In this document: piece after piece, positions 60,730 through 64,000 of the stretch | Layout: each line of letters opens with the position of its first letter | How positions within the stretch are numbered: position 1 is the first letter of the stretch | NCBI GenBank assembly: GCA_963666975.2 | Contig: CAXVYR010000004.1 | Span: forward strand, 864,001-928,000 | DNA length: 64,000 nt | Direction: 5' to 3' | Source of the DNA: Terriglobia bacterium | Lineage (GTDB): Bacteria > Acidobacteriota > Terriglobia > 2-12-FULL-54-10 | Made by a program: the position numbers and the translations under genes | Notes under the pieces: generated by a model | Seen by the model: only the letters and a program-made list of their open reading frames with translations | What the model was told of the DNA's origin: nothing | Database searches by the model: none

Positions 60730-60935
60730 CTGTTCGCGGCTTGTTCGCAGCAACGGAACGAACAGTTCGCGAACACATTTGGAGTTGTTCGCTTTTATGG
60801 CTAACCCTTTTGTTTGCAAGCACTTAATATTTTATCTTGTTCGCCTAGTTGTTCGCGCCGTGCCGTCGAAAACGAACGAACTGTGTTGCGTATGTAATAC
60901 GCAACAGTTCGCTTCGCGGGCGCAACGGAACTGTA
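60730..60935. repeat. GTTCGC/GAAC iteron-like repeat cluster with hairpin (candidate replication origin)
   Basis: Seven GTTCGC copies, an AT-rich patch at about 60805-60840, and hairpin GAACTGTGTTGCGTAT-GTA-ATACGCAACAGTTC. Confidence 0.6.
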
Positions 60936-61037
60936 CACAGGGTCAGCTTGGTTTTAGCGGGGAGTAAAAGAGAGACGGTTTTTTAGACAGAGGATAGGTT
61001 GGGATGCAGGGAGGCATTTACTAAGTAGCCTTTGAAC

Positions 61038-61190
61038 TAGGCAGGGTTTTTAGACAGATAGGATCTCAGGTCATGCGTCATGCAGCCGGTGTACAAAATC
61101 CGGGTCAGCGGTTTCTTGGCAGGGTTCCGCTCCGGTGACAGACGCCGACTTACAAGGACCGTTTTCTTGTCTGTCTAAAAACCCTGCCTA
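61038..61190. repeat. Perfect 21-bp inverted repeat pair (MITE-like or res-like)
   Basis: TAGGCAGGGTTTTTAGACAGA (61038-61058) and TCTGTCTAAAAACCCTGCCTA (61170-61190), plus a third partial copy at about 60977-60991. Confidence 0.8.
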
Positions 61191-61482
61191 CGACGAGGTA
61201 GAGGACCAGCAGGTCCGATGGACTGAGGAGGGTCTGGCGGGGCCTGCGCGGCTGTCGGGGCAATCTCAGGTGGCCCAACTCAATCCATCGTAGGAGGTAG
61301 GGCTCCGGCGGCAGGGAGTCGATACATTCGGGAGCTGCCCTGGGGGCGAGTGGGTTCATCGTAGGGCGGTTAAATTTGTGCTCGGAGTCTAGTTAACTAT
61401 GGCGGAAAGCTGGGAAGCCCGGAGCCAGGGGGGAAAAGAGGGGCTACGTTTGAGACAGTGTTACGATTGGCTCCGTCTAAGT

Positions 61483-62393
61483 TCAAATGGTGGGCGTCTC
61501 GGCACAGCGGAAGCCGATATTGTGGTGGCCGGAGGCGGGATTACGGGAAAGGTTGCGCCCGCGTTGTGTGGTGGAGAGCCCTTGGAGAGCCCTTCTGCGG
61601 AGGAGTCATGGCCACCGCCGCGCGTGGAGCGAACGGGGCCGGGTCTGGCCAGCCGGCTCTCAGGGCTCTCGCGTCCGTCCGACGCGTCATAAGGATACGG
61701 GCTATAGGCACTACTGACCCATTCCCATACGTTGCCAGCCAAGTCCAGAACCCCGTAAGGGCTGGCGCCGTTGGGGAAGCTACCCACAGGCGCAGTCTCA
61801 TTCCATCCCGATCTGAACTGAGCACGGCTCCGGTCCGGGGGATCATTTCCCCATGGATATTTGCGGATGTCAGAGCCGCGCGCAGCTTTCTCCCATTCGG
61901 CCTCGGTCGGAAGACGCTGCCTCACCCACGTGCAATACTCGCGCGCTCCTAGCCAGGTAACCTCAACTACCGGATGGTTTTCAAAGCCTGCATCAGCGAC
62001 CCATTGATTCCCCCGGCGGTGAATTCGGGCGTCGGAATCTTCTGCCTCGTAGTAGTTTTTTCCGGCAGCACTCTGGACCCCCTTGGCGTTCAGGAAGGAA
62101 GCGATCTGCGCGTTGGTTACCGGAGTGCGGCCAATCAAAAAAGCAGAGAGTTCCACCCGATGGGCAGGCTTTTCATCTTCCGGGCCAGTATCATTGCCCA
62201 TGACAAACACCCCGCCAGGAATGAAAATCATTTCGTTGCTGTCAGGGTTCTGCACAAGGGCAGATCGCTCAGCAGTAAGGGGAACGGAAATTGCGACCGG
62301 AAGCAATGTCCACCGAGAGGCCAGGAAAAAGATGGCCATGAATCCCTTATCCATCAGGCGGGTCGCTATAAATCGCAAGAAAAATCCTTTCAA
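61483..62393 (-). pseudogene. Formylglycine-generating enzyme (SUMF1/EgtB/PvdO) family protein, frameshifted near the C-terminus
   Basis: IPGGVFVMG, PVTNAQ, LPTEAEWEKAARG and DLAGNVWEW motifs. An 11-bp duplication at 61573-61594 moves the terminal NIGFRCA motif out of frame. Start uncertain. Confidence 0.8.
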
Positions 62394-62444
62394 CCGGAAT
62401 TTCCATCATGAGCTTCACCTTCACCCAAAATAAACTACCGCCGC

Positions 62445-62760
62445 TCATCGGGTCCCCGTCGGCACCCTTTGCTTCAGCTCTTCAAACCAGTTCAGGACGA
62501 CGTTGATTTGAGTCGTTGCCTGCTCACTTTCCTGGAGCATCACGAACTTCTGGCCGTCGGGTGTGACATCGTAGTTTGTACGAAGCCCGCCGGGCCCGGA
62601 CAAGTATGGCCCCTCGAAGAGCAGCATGGGTGTGCCTGCGCTGAACGTTGGCCCGGTGGTGATGTCAACTGCCATCATCTTGTTACCGCTGCGGTAGAAC
62701 AGCTCCCGCCCGTTGAGCGACCAGATCGCCTCCTCGCTGATCTGCCACTTCCCACCCTGC
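62445..62760 (-). pseudogene. C-terminal fragment of an Acidobacteria-type Ser/Thr kinase TolB-like beta-propeller protein
   Basis: GGKWQIS..WSLNGRELFYRSGNKMMAVDI...YDVTPDGQKF...INVVLNWFEELK. No N-terminal part present. Confidence 0.72.
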
Positions 62761-62829
62761 GGGCCAGAACCTCCGGGCGGTGGGCCGTGACCTTACGTCG
62801 CCACGTTATTCCCTCACGCACCGCCGCCT

Positions 62830-64000
62830 TTACCGGGAAATAACGACTAACGTCTGATCGTCGTCCGGCGGTTCTCCTGCGGAGAACTCCCTGACATTGG
62901 ACAGGATACGCGCCAAGATTGTTTCGGGAAGCTCGCCAGGCTGGGCAGCCCTGACGCTGCGCACCAAGCCTTCCACATCAAACATTTCGTCGGCGGAGTT
63001 GGTGGCCTCCGACAATCCATCGGTGTAGAGCACTAGGACATCACCGGCCTGCATATCGGTCTGGGCACGGTTGAACTTGACGTCAGGCAGCAAACCCAGC
63101 ACTGTGCCTCCTTCTTCCAGCAGTTCAAAGCGGCCGTCGGCACGCATCAGCACCGGAGGGTTATGTCCAGCGTTGATGTACTGCAACTTGCCCTTCTCAC
63201 CGTCCAGGAGAGCCAAGAACAACGTCACATATTTGCTGCCACCGGCAATGTCGTGAATCACGCCATTCAGCTGCTCGAGCAGCCGCTCGAAGGAGTGCAC
63301 GCTCAACAGCATGGCACGGAGCGTAGCCTGCAAGGTGGACATCACCATCGCCGAGGCGATGCCCTTCCCGGACACGTCCGCAATCACCGCCCACATGGTG
63401 GTTTCGGAGATAGTCAGAAAATCGTAGAAGTCACCGCCCACTTCGAAGCAGGGATCGGCACGAGCCGCCATACAATAGCTGTGCCACCGTTCGGGAGGGG
63501 GACGCAGCAGGTTCTGCTGGATCTTCCGAGCCAGCTCCAGCTCGGTGCGGACTCGCTGCTGATCCACTAACGCAGCGTGCAGCTTGGCGTTCTCCAGAGC
63601 AATGGCAATATGCACCGTCAGCGCCTGGAGGAAAATTTCGTCTTCTACGGTGAAGAGTCCCTCCAACTTGTTTAAGGTTTGGATGACACCAATGATTTCC
63701 CCGGTCCTGTTGCGGATAGGGATGCATAAGACGCTCCGGGTACGGTATCCGGTGGCGGTATCGAATTCCCGGTGGAAGCGGGTGTCCTGGTAGGCATCGT
63801 CGATAAAGATGGTTTCTCCCGTTTCTGCCACTTTGCCGGCAATCCCCTCCCCCACTTTCAAGCGCAGCACCCGTGATTCCATACCCTGGCTGATGCGCGC
63901 CCGCAGTTCCCCGGCCTGCTTGTCAAATAAATAGACGGTGCCCCGGTCAGTCCGCAGTTCCTTCGTGGCCACCTCAAGGATGAGTTCCAGCAACCGGTCC
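62830..64000 (-). CDS. GAF + PP2C/SpoIIE (RsbU-like) phosphatase, 5' partial
   Basis: GAF (FDTATGYRTRSVLC, LNK) and phosphatase motifs VGGDFYD, ADVSGKG, NAGHNPP, YTDG and DDQT. Confidence 0.92.
   Translation of the reverse strand, partial: DRLLELILEVATKELRTDRGTVYLFDKQAGELRARISQGMESRVLRLKVGEGIAGKVAETGETIFIDDAYQDTRFHREFDTATGYRTRSVLCIPIRNRTGEIIGVIQTLNKLEGLFTVEDEIFLQALTVHIAIALENAKLHAALVDQQRVRTELELARKIQQNLLRPPPERWHSYCMAARADPCFEVGGDFYDFLTISETTMWAVIADVSGKGIASAMVMSTLQATLRAMLLSVHSFERLLEQLNGVIHDIAGGSKYVTLFLALLDGEKGKLQYINAGHNPPVLMRADGRFELLEEGGTVLGLLPDVKFNRAQTDMQAGDVLVLYTDGLSEATNSADEMFDVEGLVRSVRAAQPGELPETILARILSNVREFSAGEPPDDDQTLVVISR

Larger units (their letters stand above)
57111..61400. mobile_element. 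Integrated phage-satellite/plasmid-like element (right boundary uncertain)
   Basis: Begins at the broken tRNA; visibly lower GC; 12-bp direct repeats; HTH excisionase-like genes, AAA_25 ATPases and a DUF5659-like ORF; iteron-like region. Confidence 0.7.

Overview
GC-rich bacterial chromosomal segment, most likely Acidobacteria (Oar-like TonB receptor, TIGR03437-type C-terminal domain proteins, kinase beta-propeller fragment; inferred from protein families, not from a search). Positions 1-44 kb are mostly housekeeping and metabolic genes: secretin, Lhr helicase, leuCD, Gld-type ABC exporter, pfkA, a stand-alone NuoE/F-like pair, polA, murJ, a Kef-type antiporter, hydantoinase A/B, purM, pntAB and msrB, interspersed with REP-like palindromes and many short tandem duplications. 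From 44 to 54 kb there is an envelope cluster (BACON/TIGR03437 protein, TonB receptor, exported caspase-TPR protein). A complete IS256 with an 8-bp target duplication sits inside the receptor's signal-peptide codons and supplies a new in-frame ATG. From 57.07 kb a tRNA-Leu(TAG) 5' half with no 3' half in the window is followed by an AT-richer, satellite-like integrated element: arm-type repeats, a consensus promoter plus terminated leader, two excisionase-like HTHs, two RepA/AAA_25-like ATPases and an iteron-like region. Decayed genes and a partial GAF-PP2C phosphatase end the window. No rRNA or CRISPR array was seen.
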